64,000 bases of DNA. Origin: an uncultured Erysipelotrichales bacterium. GTDB lineage: Bacteria; Bacillota_I; Bacilli_A; Erysipelotrichales; Coprobacillaceae. Shown here one piece after another: positions 1 to 10,624 of this stretch. Both the position numbers and the translations under genes were made by a program. Below the pieces are notes generated by a model. It was given only the letters and a program-made list of their open reading frames with translations. It was not told the origin of the DNA and searched no databases. The DNA lies in contig CAJTTM010000010.1 of NCBI GenBank assembly GCA_910579135.1, positions 716 through 64,715 on the forward strand, in the 5' to 3' direction. Numbering within the stretch: position 1 is the first letter of the stretch; the number at the start of each line of letters is the position of its first letter.

Positions 1-724
1 AACCATAAAAAGTATGAATAGGACATCCCATTGCAACTCCTAAACGTGAAATCTCATGTATTCCTCTAGTCACTAAAGCAGCGGTCGCATTATCTCCATA
101 CCCCAATCCATGAGCAATCCCTGCTGATAAAGCAATGATATTTTTTAAAGCACCACATAACTCAACACCTTTAATATCATTATTTGTATAAACTCTCATA
201 AAAGAACTGGTAAAGATTTCCTGTACTCTTTTAGCAATCATATAATCTGCTGAAGCACTCACAATAGTTGAAGGAAGTCCTATTGAAACCTCTTCTGCAT
301 GCGTAGGTCCAGATAAAGCAACAATATGACCATAATCAAATTCTATAAATTGTTGTATTTCTTCATATATAATTTCTGACATTGTTAATAATCGTTCTGG
401 TTCAATACCTTTTGCGACATCTACAATAATTTGATCTTTATTTAAAAACTGCGCAACTTGTCTTATTGTATCTCTAACATAAATAGATGGAACTGCCATC
501 ACAATGACTTCAAAACCAACAACAGCCATTGATAAATCTTTTGTTAGTTCTATCTCATCTAATATCTTAGTATCTTTAAGCTTTGGATGTTTTCTATATT
601 TCTCTATAAAATCAATCTCATCTTCAATTGCTGAGTAAACAGTGACATCATGGTGAGATAAACATAACATATTCGCAAGAGCTATACCCCAAGTTCCTGC
701 TCCAATAATTGAAACTTTTGACAT
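1..724 (-). CDS. gpsA: NAD(P)H-dependent glycerol-3-phosphate dehydrogenase, N-terminal ~241 codons (3' end lies beyond window start)
   Basis: Own reverse translation from ATG 724..722: MSKVSIIGAGTWGIALANML (GxGxxG Rossmann) ... DIKGVELCGALKNIIALSAGI. SD AAGGAGG lies ~7 nt upstream. Absent from the ORF track because it is open at the window edge. Confidence 0.85.
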   Translation of the reverse strand, partial: MSKVSIIGAGTWGIALANMLCLSHHDVTVYSAIEDEIDFIEKYRKHPKLKDTKILDEIELTKDLSMAVVGFEVIVMAVPSIYVRDTIRQVAQFLNKDQIIVDVAKGIEPERLLTMSEIIYEEIQQFIEFDYGHIVALSGPTHAEEVSIGLPSTIVSASADYMIAKRVQEIFTSSFMRVYTNNDIKGVELCGALKNIIALSAGIAHGLGYGDNATAALVTRGIHEISRLGVAMGCPIHTFYG

Positions 725-799
725 TCCCATAACCTCCTTAAAACAGTATATCATAAAATATAAATGCACTAAAGGAAAAAGAATTGTCTTCTCTATTCC

Positions 800-3700
800 T
801 TATTGTTCATCCCAATCCATAAACTCACTAAATAATTCTACAACTCTAATTAACCAATCTGAAAGAGTTGGTAAAAGCAAAGCGATACATCCCTTAACAT
901 ATTTAAATTTAGCTTTAGGAAATAATCTATTCACTAATTCAAATAGTTGATCACCTTTTATCTTATTAGAAAAATCATTTGATAAAACAACTTCTAAACC
1001 ATCTCCTGTATCCTTTACACTTTCAAAGAATGGTAATACACACATGATCTCATATTTTCTTTTTAAAACAATATTCCTTACTTCCCTAGGTAAAGTCCCA
1101 TATAAATCTTTCAATTCTTCTTCTAAAATTGCAATCTCACCTAAATGTTTCGCCTTATAAATACGTTGATATAAATTTAATTTTTCAATATCACTTTCTA
1201 CATAATTTTCAGGAATATAACCATCTACCTGAACATTTTGAATAGGAACTTCTTGACGATCAGATACATCTTTCCCCATCTTTTCATCAATTGCTTCTTG
1301 TAGAATCTTCATATACATATCAAAACCAACAGTATCAATAAATCCTGCTTGTTCTCCCCCAAGTATATCTCCACTTCCTCTAATACTTAAATCTCTCATT
1401 GCTATTTTATAACCACTTCCAAGTTGAGCAAACTCTTTGATTGCTTTTAATCTTTTTGCAGCATCCTCATTTAACGATTTATTCTTTTGATACAATAAAT
1501 AAGCATAGGCAACTCTTTCACTTCGTCCAACCCTACCTTTAATTTGGTAAAGTTGAGCAAGTCCAAAACGATCAGCATCTTCTATTAGAATTGTATTCGC
1601 ATTAGGAATATCAATACCAGTTTCAATAATTGTTGTACAAACAAGAACATCATATTCTTTATTCACAAATGAATTCATGACATTTTCTAATTGTTCTTTT
1701 TTCATTTGACCATGTCCAATACCAATTTTTGCATGAGGTACAAGATGAGCAATCATATTCGCAACACTTTCAATATTTTCTGTTTTATTATATAAATAGA
1801 AAACTTGTCCATTTCGTGCTAATTCTCTTTCAATAACTTGTTTAATAAGAGCATTATTTTTTTCTACAACATAGGTTTGTACTGGTAATCTATTTAATGG
1901 AGGTGTTTCTATTTGAGATAGTCCTCTAATTCCCATTAAAGACATTTGTAATGTTCTAGGAATTGGTGTTGCAGTAAGCGTTAAAACATCAATTGTTTTA
2001 CGATATTCTTTAATTTTTTCCTTTTGTCTTACTCCAAAACGTTGTTCTTCATCAATACATAATAATCCTAAATCTTTAAAATCTATATCTTTTGATAAGA
2101 TTCTATGAGTTCCAACTAATATATCAATGCTACCTTCTTTGATTCCTTTTAAAATACGTTTTTTCTCTACTGTAGAAGTAAAACGATTCATTAAAGCAAT
2201 TTCAACTGGAAAGTTTTTAAAACGTTCTATCATTGTATGATAATGTTGAGAAGAAAGGATTGTCGTTGGACATAGAAAAGCAACTTGTTTATTTGATAAA
2301 ATCGCTTTAAAAGCAGCCCTTAAAGCAACTTCTGTCTTTCCAAAACCAACATCTCCACATAAAAGACGATCCATTGGACGAGGTAATTCCATATCTTTTT
2401 TAATTTCTATCACAGCTTCTTTTTGATCAGGAGTCAATTCATAACCAAAATCTTCTTCAAACTCTATTTGTGTTTCACTATCTGCCATAAATGCAAATCC
2501 TGGTTGTTTCATTCTTGCACTATACAATGCAATTAAATCATCCGCAAGTCCATCTACCTTTTGTCTAACTCTTTGTTTTTCTTTTTGCCATTTTGTACTT
2601 CCAAGTGAATGTAACTGTGGTTTCTTTCCTTCTTTAGAAGCATATTTCCTAACCAATCTAAAATTTTCTACTGGTATATATAAAGTATCATTTCCTTTAT
2701 AAGCAATATATAAATAATCCTTATGAACTCCTTTCACCTCTAAAGTCTTAATACCTAAATACTGCCCTATTCCATTAATATCATGAACAACATAATCTCC
2801 TATATTCAATTCATTATAATCTTTAATAATCTTCGCATCTTTATATTTTACATAACCCTTTTTAGATTGAACACCATTAAATAATTCAGTTTCACTATAA
2901 AAGATTGTTTTCTCTTCAACAAACTCAATACCTTTTTTTAATTCTCCTAAATAAATATTTACACCATTAAAACTTTCATCAGTAGAAGTTACAAGATAAT
3001 AAGGAATATGATTATTTTCCATTAAATTTGTCATAACTTTAATTTGATGTTGATTAGATAAACACATAAATACCTTATGCATAATTAAATCATCTTTAAT
3101 TTGTTTTATAAAAGTTTCTTCTTTTTGCATTGGTATATTAACTTCTCTTGTTTGAAAATAAATTTGTTTATCATGAGTTGAAAAAGAAAGAAAATCTATA
3201 TTGATCTTTTTTAATAAATGACGTGGATCATCATATAAAGATAGTCCTTTTAACATCTTTCCTATTCCTTGAAGCTCATGAAAATAAAAGAAATTTTCTT
3301 CTACATATCTATTATATTGATTGAATATTCCTTCTTGACTTCCAGTTATAATCATTGGATTATTTAAATAATCTAATAAAGTATATGTTTTAGAAAACAA
3401 TCCTAAATATTGATACATATGAGGTGTTAATTCATATTCTTTTAATGCTAATTTATCTAATTCAATATTTTCAGATAATTCTATCTCTATTTCTTCATTT
3501 ATACTCTCTTCATATAATTCATCTATCTTACATAAAACATCATTAACTTCACTTTCATCATATAACAAATCACTCGCAGGTAAGATTTCTACTATATCAA
3601 TCTTTTCTTTTCCTCTTTGGGTTCTTGTATCAAAAAAACGTATACTCTCTATTTCATCATCAAAGAATTCTATACGTATAGGTTCTTCATATTGAATAGA

Positions 3701-4231
3701 GAAAACATCTATAACCCCTCCTCTTTTAGCAAAATAGAAAGGTTGATCTACTCTTTGATTAGGTAAATATCCTGCTTTGATAAGTTTCTTTCTTAATTCT
3801 ATTGGATTTATGATCATACCAACACGAAGTTCAATAATATTATCTTTAAATAAAGATGGTGAAGGTAAATATCTAATAAGAGAATGCATATGACATATCA
3901 CAACACATGGTTCTTCTTTTGAAATATGATACAATGTATTAACACGTTCTCCTAATAATTCAAATGAATAAGCTAAAGCCTCTATACGTAATGATTCATC
4001 GCAAGGAAAATAAACAACTTGAGAATGTAATAAAGGTTTTAATGACTGATATAAAAGTTGTGCCTGATATTGACTTTCTTTGACAACAACGATTATTTCT
4101 GGATTCAAAATAAATCTAACAGCAATTAAATAAGCTTCATCATATTCATTATTAGTAATAATCTCTGCTTTTTTATTCATCATAGCATTTATTGCTTGAT
4201 TATCTTTCATAACAGAAAGCATTTTCCTCAT
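800..4231 (-). CDS. mfd: transcription-repair coupling factor
   Basis: 1143 aa. CarD-like RNAP-interaction segment [14 protein letters not shown]; SF2 motifs [11 protein letters not shown] and DEEQRFG. Classic pth-mfd adjacency. Confidence 0.95.
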   Translation of the reverse strand: MRKMLSVMKDNQAINAMMNKKAEIITNNEYDEAYLIAVRFILNPEIIVVVKESQYQAQLLYQSLKPLLHSQVVYFPCDESLRIEALAYSFELLGERVNTLYHISKEEPCVVICHMHSLIRYLPSPSLFKDNIIELRVGMIINPIELRKKLIKAGYLPNQRVDQPFYFAKRGGVIDVFSIQYEEPIRIEFFDDEIESIRFFDTRTQRGKEKIDIVEILPASDLLYDESEVNDVLCKIDELYEESINEEIEIELSENIELDKLALKEYELTPHMYQYLGLFSKTYTLLDYLNNPMIITGSQEGIFNQYNRYVEENFFYFHELQGIGKMLKGLSLYDDPRHLLKKINIDFLSFSTHDKQIYFQTREVNIPMQKEETFIKQIKDDLIMHKVFMCLSNQHQIKVMTNLMENNHIPYYLVTSTDESFNGVNIYLGELKKGIEFVEEKTIFYSETELFNGVQSKKGYVKYKDAKIIKDYNELNIGDYVVHDINGIGQYLGIKTLEVKGVHKDYLYIAYKGNDTLYIPVENFRLVRKYASKEGKKPQLHSLGSTKWQKEKQRVRQKVDGLADDLIALYSARMKQPGFAFMADSETQIEFEEDFGYELTPDQKEAVIEIKKDMELPRPMDRLLCGDVGFGKTEVALRAAFKAILSNKQVAFLCPTTILSSQHYHTMIERFKNFPVEIALMNRFTSTVEKKRILKGIKEGSIDILVGTHRILSKDIDFKDLGLLCIDEEQRFGVRQKEKIKEYRKTIDVLTLTATPIPRTLQMSLMGIRGLSQIETPPLNRLPVQTYVVEKNNALIKQVIERELARNGQVFYLYNKTENIESVANMIAHLVPHAKIGIGHGQMKKEQLENVMNSFVNKEYDVLVCTTIIETGIDIPNANTILIEDADRFGLAQLYQIKGRVGRSERVAYAYLLYQKNKSLNEDAAKRLKAIKEFAQLGSGYKIAMRDLSIRGSGDILGGEQAGFIDTVGFDMYMKILQEAIDEKMGKDVSDRQEVPIQNVQVDGYIPENYVESDIEKLNLYQRIYKAKHLGEIAILEEELKDLYGTLPREVRNIVLKRKYEIMCVLPFFESVKDTGDGLEVVLSNDFSNKIKGDQLFELVNRLFPKAKFKYVKGCIALLLPTLSDWLIRVVELFSEFMDWDEQ

Positions 4232-4271
4232 TTTTCATTCCTCCTTTTAAAACCAAAAAAGACCTAGAAAA

Positions 4272-4835
4272 CTAGGCTTTCTTATTAAATTTGTTCATTG
4301 CTTTATTAAAATCTTTATCTAAATAAGTCATCACTGCTTGACAAGCATTTTCAATACCTTTTTGAATATCCCCCTGCTCATTATTCATAAACTTACCCAA
4401 AACATAATCAGCAGTAGGAATCAAAGGATTCCTATCAATTCCAACACGTATTCTTTTAAAATTCTGTGTTTTCACATGACTAATAATACTCTTTATTCCA
4501 TTATGACCCCCGGCACTCCCACTTTCTCTAAGTCTAAGCTTACCTACAGGCATATCTAAATCATCATAAATCACTAACAAATCTTCAACCTTTATCTTAA
4601 AAAAGTTCATTAATGCACTTACAGATTCACCAGATAAATTCATAAACGTCATTGGTTTCAATAAGATAACATCTTCACTTTTATATTTGAATTTCACATA
4701 TTCTCCTTTAAATTTAGAAGTAGATATCTGAACATTAAACTCATCCGCAAGTTTATCCATAACCATAAAGCCTGTATTATGACGTGTTTTTTCATATTCT
4801 TTTCCAGGATTTCCAAGTCCAACAATAAGTTTCAT
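4272..4835 (-). CDS. pth: peptidyl-tRNA hydrolase
   Basis: 187 aa, N-terminal signature MKLIVGLGNPGKEYEKTRHNTGF. Confidence 0.95.
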   Translation of the reverse strand: MKLIVGLGNPGKEYEKTRHNTGFMVMDKLADEFNVQISTSKFKGEYVKFKYKSEDVILLKPMTFMNLSGESVSALMNFFKIKVEDLLVIYDDLDMPVGKLRLRESGSAGGHNGIKSIISHVKTQNFKRIRVGIDRNPLIPTADYVLGKFMNNEQGDIQKGIENACQAVMTYLDKDFNKAMNKFNKKA

Positions 4836-4843
4836 AAACCCTC

Positions 4844-6937
4844 CTATTTCACAAGAATCACTAAACTTATACCTGTTACTTTAATCTTATTATCAACAAT
4901 CTCTTCATTGTCCATATGATAAAACAATTGATAATCTTCTAAAACATCAAATTCAAAAGTTTCTTTAGAAGGATTAAAATAAATGATAAATTCACTATAT
5001 TCTCCTTGTATTTGTTTTAATGTATATTTAATAATACGATGTTCTAAATTTTCTAATTTTACATTTTCACGAATTATATCATAATTATTATATCTAAAAC
5101 AAGGATTATTTTTTCTTAATTGAACTAACATTTTAAAATATTCAACAGCATCATTTCTTCTATCTCTTAAAGACCAATCTAATGCATTAATCGTATCTCC
5201 TGCATTATAAGTGTTTGTCTGCCCTCTTTTTGAACGATAGAATTCTTGTCCACTATGGATAAAAGGAACACCTTGTGATAACATAACAGCCGCTAACATA
5301 AGTCTTGTACGCTTTCTTAAATCCTCTTTTTCTTCATCATAATTTGATATCTTTAATTTATCATATGTTGTTGCATTATCATGACATTCTACATAATTAA
5401 TTGTTTGTTCTATATTATTAAACATATAAGTATTACAAATCACATTAATCATTTCATTTGTTTTATAAGTATCTCCAGAAAAATATCCTTTATTTTCCAT
5501 TTGATTCGTCCCACGACAAATATTTCTAAACACATCATTAAAGAAACCTATAGTAGGAACCTTTGCATTATTTTGAATCGTTGTTCTTTCATTTTCATCT
5601 AAAGCCGTTCCCATGTTCCATCCTTCTCCATAGACAATAAATGATGGATCTATAGCTTTTGCTTGTTTATCAATAAGTTTCATTGTTTCTATATCAATAA
5701 TACCCATTAAATCAAAACGAAAACCATCACAACCATAGAATGTTTGCCATCTTTTACACATATCCAAAATATATTTACGACACATCTTTGCTTTCGTATT
5801 TAAATCATTACCACACCATGAACCATTTGATAATGTTCCATCATTATTTCTTCTAAAGAAATAATGTGGTACTGTTTTTTCTAAGGCATTTTGATTCACA
5901 TCATGCATATGATTAAAAACAACATCTAAGACCACTCTTATTCCTCTTGAATGTAACGATTCTATCATTTGTTGTGCTTCTCTTATTCTTAAATACCCAT
6001 CATCAGGATCACTAACATAACTTCCTTCAGTGACATTATATTGTACAGGATCGTATCCCCAATTATATAAAATATGAGGGTTCGCTTCATCAACTGTCGC
6101 AAAATCGTTAATTGGCATCAATTGAACATGAGTTATACCTATTTCACTTAAATAATCTAATCCCGTTGTATGTCCAATATCAGTTGTTGTCCCTTCCTCA
6201 CTAAACGCTAAAAAGCGTCCTCTATTTTTCATTCTTCCTGCTTTATGCATAGAAAAATCTCTTACACTTGTTTCATAAATAATTGCATCTGTCTTTGATA
6301 CTAAAGGTGGTAAATCATAAGATTTCATCTTTAATTTTTCTTTATCAACAACAATACATGTTCTTCCATTTGAAGATGTAGCATAGGCATATGGATCCAT
6401 TGCGATATCATAGTTACCTGCAAATTTCACTAAATAGAAATAATGCATACCTTCAAAATCACCTTTTAATGTGATACTATATACCCCTTTTTCTCCTCTT
6501 TTCATAGGATATAAAACTTCTTCACCATGATATATTGTTTTTAAAATAATACCTGTTGATAATGGTGACCATACCTTAAACGTACACTCTTCCTTAGTAT
6601 AATGACAACCTAAATCATCACCATCATAATAATATAAATCATCAAATTCTTCAACTAAAGATAATCTTGTGAAATCTAAAAAACAAGAAAGTCCATAAGC
6701 ATCAACAACCCTATAAACCGAACCAATCTCAAATGAAGCATTTAATGTATAAATTCTAAAACCAGCCTCTTCATTATTTGGATTGACATCACCACTTAAT
6801 AACTCTATTTCATCACTCTTTAAATTCTTTAAATAAAACTTATTACTAATTCCATCATAATAATTCTTTGATAAATAAACCTTTATTTCATCAAATCCTG
6901 TTGCATAAGCAACCATACGTACTGCATTTTGTTCCAT
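4844..6937 (-). CDS. pulA: type I pullulanase (GH13 debranching enzyme), no signal peptide
   Basis: YNWGYDP pullulanase signature plus GH13 regions DVVFNH, GFRFDLMG, YGEGW, YVECHDN. Start moved to ATG 6937 (MEQNAV), 6 nt after GAGGTG. Confidence 0.85.
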   Translation of the reverse strand: MEQNAVRMVAYATGFDEIKVYLSKNYYDGISNKFYLKNLKSDEIELLSGDVNPNNEEAGFRIYTLNASFEIGSVYRVVDAYGLSCFLDFTRLSLVEEFDDLYYYDGDDLGCHYTKEECTFKVWSPLSTGIILKTIYHGEEVLYPMKRGEKGVYSITLKGDFEGMHYFYLVKFAGNYDIAMDPYAYATSSNGRTCIVVDKEKLKMKSYDLPPLVSKTDAIIYETSVRDFSMHKAGRMKNRGRFLAFSEEGTTTDIGHTTGLDYLSEIGITHVQLMPINDFATVDEANPHILYNWGYDPVQYNVTEGSYVSDPDDGYLRIREAQQMIESLHSRGIRVVLDVVFNHMHDVNQNALEKTVPHYFFRRNNDGTLSNGSWCGNDLNTKAKMCRKYILDMCKRWQTFYGCDGFRFDLMGIIDIETMKLIDKQAKAIDPSFIVYGEGWNMGTALDENERTTIQNNAKVPTIGFFNDVFRNICRGTNQMENKGYFSGDTYKTNEMINVICNTYMFNNIEQTINYVECHDNATTYDKLKISNYDEEKEDLRKRTRLMLAAVMLSQGVPFIHSGQEFYRSKRGQTNTYNAGDTINALDWSLRDRRNDAVEYFKMLVQLRKNNPCFRYNNYDIIRENVKLENLEHRIIKYTLKQIQGEYSEFIIYFNPSKETFEFDVLEDYQLFYHMDNEEIVDNKIKVTGISLVILVK

Positions 6938-7026
6938 TATCATCACCTCTTTTTAGCTCTCCTATTATATCATAAGAAAACTAAATAAACTATATCTTTT
7001 AATAAAAAACATGATGGCTTATCAGT

Positions 7027-7055
7027 AAAAAAAGATTAGACTTCAATCTAATCTT
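7027..7055 (-). terminator. rho-independent terminator after the decayed ABC locus
   Basis: Minus strand AAGATTAGA-TTGAAG-TCTAATCTT followed by T7. Confidence 0.6.
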
Positions 7056-7057
7056 TC

Positions 7058-7792
7058 CTACATACTCTCTCTTAATATTTTAGAAATATCTTTAGAGAAT
7101 ATTTGTTGCACTGATATTAATAATGGCAATATTCTTGTTATGAGTAGATAAATCATGGTTTCTCCTACTATAATCCCCATATTCTTTATAGATATATTCA
7201 TATCAAAGACAATAAAACTACATATCCCATTAAACAACATAATAATGTCATTATAATCATTATCCTATTTTCATAATAACACAAAGAATAGAAGGCTTGT
7301 TTATTTATCCCATTGATTCTTAAATTATTGATTTCTTTCTCTCTTGCTTTATTCTCCATGCTTTGAATGATATAAGCTATCGCTACTCTCTGTCTTTCTC
7401 CTCCCGATAAGCTACTTGGCATAGTTTTCTTCTTATCTGTTAGCTTAACCATATCTAACAGCTCATCTATCGTATAATCAATATAGGATTGTTTTAAATA
7501 AAACTCTATATTCTTTTCTACACTGATTGTATCTATTAATAAACTATTTTGTATAATAAAAGATATATGTTGATTTCTAAATTCTGATTTTCGTTATATT
7601 TTAACTTTTTTCATTATAGTAATATTCATGTTGTTGATTAGATAACATACCCAGAATATATAACAAAGAACTTTTACCTGTACCACTTTCACCATATATT
7701 CCTGTTATCTGTCCATCATATGCTTGAAAGTAACCTTTTCTTATACATTCTTTTTTATCAAATGAGATATTGATATTCTTTATTTCTAGCAT
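7058..7792 (-). pseudogene. decayed ABC transporter: ATPase fragments fused by internal deletion to the last FtsX-type permease segment
   Basis: 7792..7601 encodes Walker A (GESGTGKSS), then a stop. A second frame continues RNQHISFIIQ (Q-loop) ... LSGGERQRVAIA but lacks Walker B. It runs straight into an FtsX-like stretch KAREKEINNLRINGINKQ plus TM helices. Three short ORFs replace two genes. Confidence 0.75.
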
Positions 7793-7859
7793 TTTTTATA
7801 TTTCCTTTCTTATAACCCAATAAAGAAAAAGGAGAATTTTTTTTCTCCCTATTTCTTAA

Positions 7860-8139
7860 CTAAATTGCTAAGTATGCTGATGATTTTAATGTTCCATTAT
7901 ATTTGAAATTATCAGTTACTTTTGCAGTAAATTGACTAGGTCTTGTAATCGTACCAAACGACACAGTAACTTTACCTACTTGAGTCTTATTCGGTGATAC
8001 ATTACTAAGTCTGTCAGTAGAGTTATTTCTTCTACCATTTAAAACTGCTGTTCCATAATTATTTTTATCTTTCATATAGCCATGCTCATCTTTTACATTA
8101 GTATATGTTCCAGCAAATTTTTTCTTTATAGAAATTCAT
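7860..8139 (-). pseudogene. frameshifted ~93-codon gene of unknown function
   Basis: ATG 8139 with SD AAGGAGGGG 7 nt upstream gives MNFYKEKICWNIY-stop. Removing one A from the A6 run (plus-strand T6 at 8118..8123) joins it to track ORF 7860..8075 (KFAGTYTNVKDEHGYMKDKNNYGTAVLNG...). Confidence 0.6.
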
Positions 8140-8314
8140 GTATTTTCCCCTCCTTATACAGGATGTATCATTGTCTTTATTAAAGATATAAAATATTTCT
8201 TATATAAACATAACATCACATTAACTTGCGACTTAAAAGACCTTTTTAATTAAAAGTGCTCATGAAAATGCTCTTTAATATAAAGAGCATGAGATACTAA
8301 CGCAATCAAAACAT

Positions 8315-8556
8315 TTATTTAACCTTTCTTATTGGGAATTGATGAGATAACTCTTTAAAAGCATCTTTCATTTGACACAATTCTTTTTTATTCATCTTCT
8401 CTACAATATTGATTTCTCCCCATTCTTCTTTTCTATAATAATCAAACTGTACAATTAACCAATTCGCATCAAATTCATTCCTTTCTCTAATGGAAATTCA
8501 TATCCAACAATAGATAATTCTAATCGTTTATTATTTTCATTAAAAATCACTACCAT
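8315..8556 (-). pseudogene. frameshifted, truncated WapI-like immunity protein gene
   Basis: ATG 8556 gives MVVIFNENNKRLELSIVGYEFPLEKG, then a 1-nt frame change to NEFDANWLIVQFDYYRKEEWGEI... The hallmark I recall for WapI-type immunity proteins is GYEF...D-A-N-W-L. Confidence 0.4.
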
Positions 8557-8660
8557 TATTATTCTCCCTGCTAGCTCTCATTAATATATCCATAATCTTC
8601 TATTTATATTGTAAATGAAATATTCATCTTTCATAAATGATTTGTTTAAATCTGTATTTT

Positions 8661-9785
8661 CTAATTATTTAAGGATAGTTTAACTATACTTTCTATATGA
8701 TTTGTGTGAGGAAACATATCATACAAATAAATATCTTTAAAATCATATCCTAATCGTTTAAATTCTTTTAAATCTCTTACTTGAGTATGAGGATCACAAG
8801 AAACATAGATGACTTTCTTAGGTTTCATTATCCTTAAAGATTGTATAAACTCCTTTGTACTTCCACTTCTAGGAGGATCCATAATAATACAATCAACTTT
8901 CATATCTTTATTCTCACTCATAAATGCAGTCGCATCTTGATTTATAAAACGAATATTATTTAATTTATTCATTTTTGCATTATTAATAGCATCTTTATAG
9001 GCTTGATGATTAAATTCAACTCCTATAACTTTATAAGCATATTTTGATACAATCATACCAATTGTTCCAATACCACAATAAGTATCTAAGACAACATCTT
9101 TGTCTTTGATTTCCAGTAACTCAATAACTTTAGAATAGAGTTTCTCACATTGTTCATGATTAATTTGGTAAAAAGATTGAGAAGAGATCTTAAAAGTTAA
9201 GTCACATAATTCATCTACAATAAATCCTTTTCCATAAATAATCTTTTCGTCTTTCGATAAAACAATACTTGTTTTTCTTTTATTTATATTTAAAACAATA
9301 GATTTTACACTTGGACATCTCTTAGTAAGTTCATTACAAAAATTCTTAGAACCTTTAAACATTGAATCTGTTACAACTAATGTCACTAATGTTTGATTTG
9401 TCATCACTGTTCTTCTTATTAACACATACTTTAAAAAACCTTTATTTCTTTTTTCATCATAGATAGATACTCTATATCTTTTCAATATAAGAGATAGTTG
9501 ATTTAATATATAATTTGTTTCATCATCATGTAATAAACAAGATTGAATAGGAACAATACGATGACTCTTTTCTTCATATAATCCATATTCATAAGATTGA
9601 TTAAATGCAACAATCACTTTATTTCTATATTGATATGGATATTTCATCCCTACAATTTCATGAACTTTGACTTGAAATGGTTTATATAAGTTTTTATATT
9701 TATTATATTTTAATTTTAATTGTTCATTGTAATCTTTATTTATATATTGACAACTACCACATTTCTTTTCTATTAAACACTTCAT
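8661..9785 (-). CDS. 23S rRNA (uracil-C5)-methyltransferase, RlmD/RumA family, no TRAM domain
   Basis: 374 aa. N-terminal Fe-S Cys cluster (CGSCQY), SAM motif DTYCGIGTIG, catalytic region IIMDPPRSG ... YVSCDP. Confidence 0.8.
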   Translation of the reverse strand: MKCLIEKKCGSCQYINKDYNEQLKLKYNKYKNLYKPFQVKVHEIVGMKYPYQYRNKVIVAFNQSYEYGLYEEKSHRIVPIQSCLLHDDETNYILNQLSLILKRYRVSIYDEKRNKGFLKYVLIRRTVMTNQTLVTLVVTDSMFKGSKNFCNELTKRCPSVKSIVLNINKRKTSIVLSKDEKIIYGKGFIVDELCDLTFKISSQSFYQINHEQCEKLYSKVIELLEIKDKDVVLDTYCGIGTIGMIVSKYAYKVIGVEFNHQAYKDAINNAKMNKLNNIRFINQDATAFMSENKDMKVDCIIMDPPRSGSTKEFIQSLRIMKPKKVIYVSCDPHTQVRDLKEFKRLGYDFKDIYLYDMFPHTNHIESIVKLSLNN

Positions 9786-9850
9786 AATGACTCCTTTTTT
9801 TATTCCTACTAACAGTATACATAATTAAAAAGAGTTTGAAAATAAGGATT

Positions 9851-9874
9851 GTAAGATTTTCGTAAGAATTTTAT
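9851..9874 (+). promoter_or_regulatory. direct repeats GTAAGA-N5-GTAAGA (11-bp phase), candidate OmpR-family response-regulator box
   Basis: GTAAGA at 9851 and 9862, upstream of the RR gene. The 13-mer GTAAGAATTTTAT (9862..9874) recurs at 11692..11704. Confidence 0.45.
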
Positions 9875-9934
9875 CATGATTTTAAAAGATATTTTATAAA
9901 TAATCTTGTATAATAGATATGAGGTGAAAACAAA

Positions 9935-10624
9935 ATGAATGAAAAAATACTCGTTGTTGATGATGAAAAAGAAATTGCTGATTTATTAGAATTCTATCTA
10001 CAAAATGAAGGTTTTATTGTCACCAAAAAATATAATGGTCAAGATGCTTTTAATGAAATTAAAAAGCAATCATTTGATCTTGCATTATTAGATATTATGC
10101 TACCTGATATTAATGGTTATGCTCTTACAAAAACAATTAGAGAAAAATACTTTTATCCTGTTATCTTTTTAACTGCCAAAGTAGAAGATATTGATAAAAT
10201 TATGGGACTTACAATAGGAGCAGATGATTATATTACAAAACCCTTTAATCCTTTAGAAGTAATAGCAAGAGTCAAAACACAAGTAAGAAGATATAAACAG
10301 TACAATAAAAGTGAAATCAAAGAAATAAATAGATATGATATTAGAGGTTTAACAATTAATAAGGATAATCATAAATGTACTCTTTTTTCTAAGAATATTG
10401 ATTTAACACCAATAGAGTTTTCTATTTTATGGTGTTTATGTTCAAAACAAGGAAATGTTGTTTCTAGTGAAGAACTATTTGAAGCAGTCTGGAAAGAAAA
10501 ATATATAGATAATAACAATACAGTTATGGCACATATTGCAAGACTTAGAGAAAAATTAAAGGAGCCATCTAAGAATCCAAAATTTATTAAAACGGTATGG
10601 GGAGTAGGTTATACCATTGAATAA
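9935..10624 (+). CDS. OmpR/VanR-family response regulator
   Basis: 229 aa. Receiver domain (DLALLDIMLPDING) plus winged-helix output (FIKTVWGVGY). Confidence 0.9.
   Translation: MNEKILVVDDEKEIADLLEFYLQNEGFIVTKKYNGQDAFNEIKKQSFDLALLDIMLPDINGYALTKTIREKYFYPVIFLTAKVEDIDKIMGLTIGADDYITKPFNPLEVIARVKTQVRRYKQYNKSEIKEINRYDIRGLTINKDNHKCTLFSKNIDLTPIEFSILWCLCSKQGNVVSSEELFEAVWKEKYIDNNNTVMAHIARLREKLKEPSKNPKFIKTVWGVGYTIE

Noticed and set aside
4338-5602. Plus-strand ORFs 4338..4559 and 5381..5602
   Set aside because: They are antisense to pth and the pullulanase gene, and the products are hydrophobic or low complexity.
7860-8139. Lactococcin-972-type bacteriocin next to an ABC immunity transporter
   Set aside because: The context is suggestive, but the repaired protein has no signal peptide. 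I cannot point to a reliable family motif, so the function is left unknown.
8262-8292. Hairpin ATGCTCTTTA-ATA-TAAAGAGCAT as the terminator of the WapI-like pseudogene
   Set aside because: The stem is strong, but only UUUC follows it on the minus strand and no T-run on the plus strand. It was not called as a terminator.
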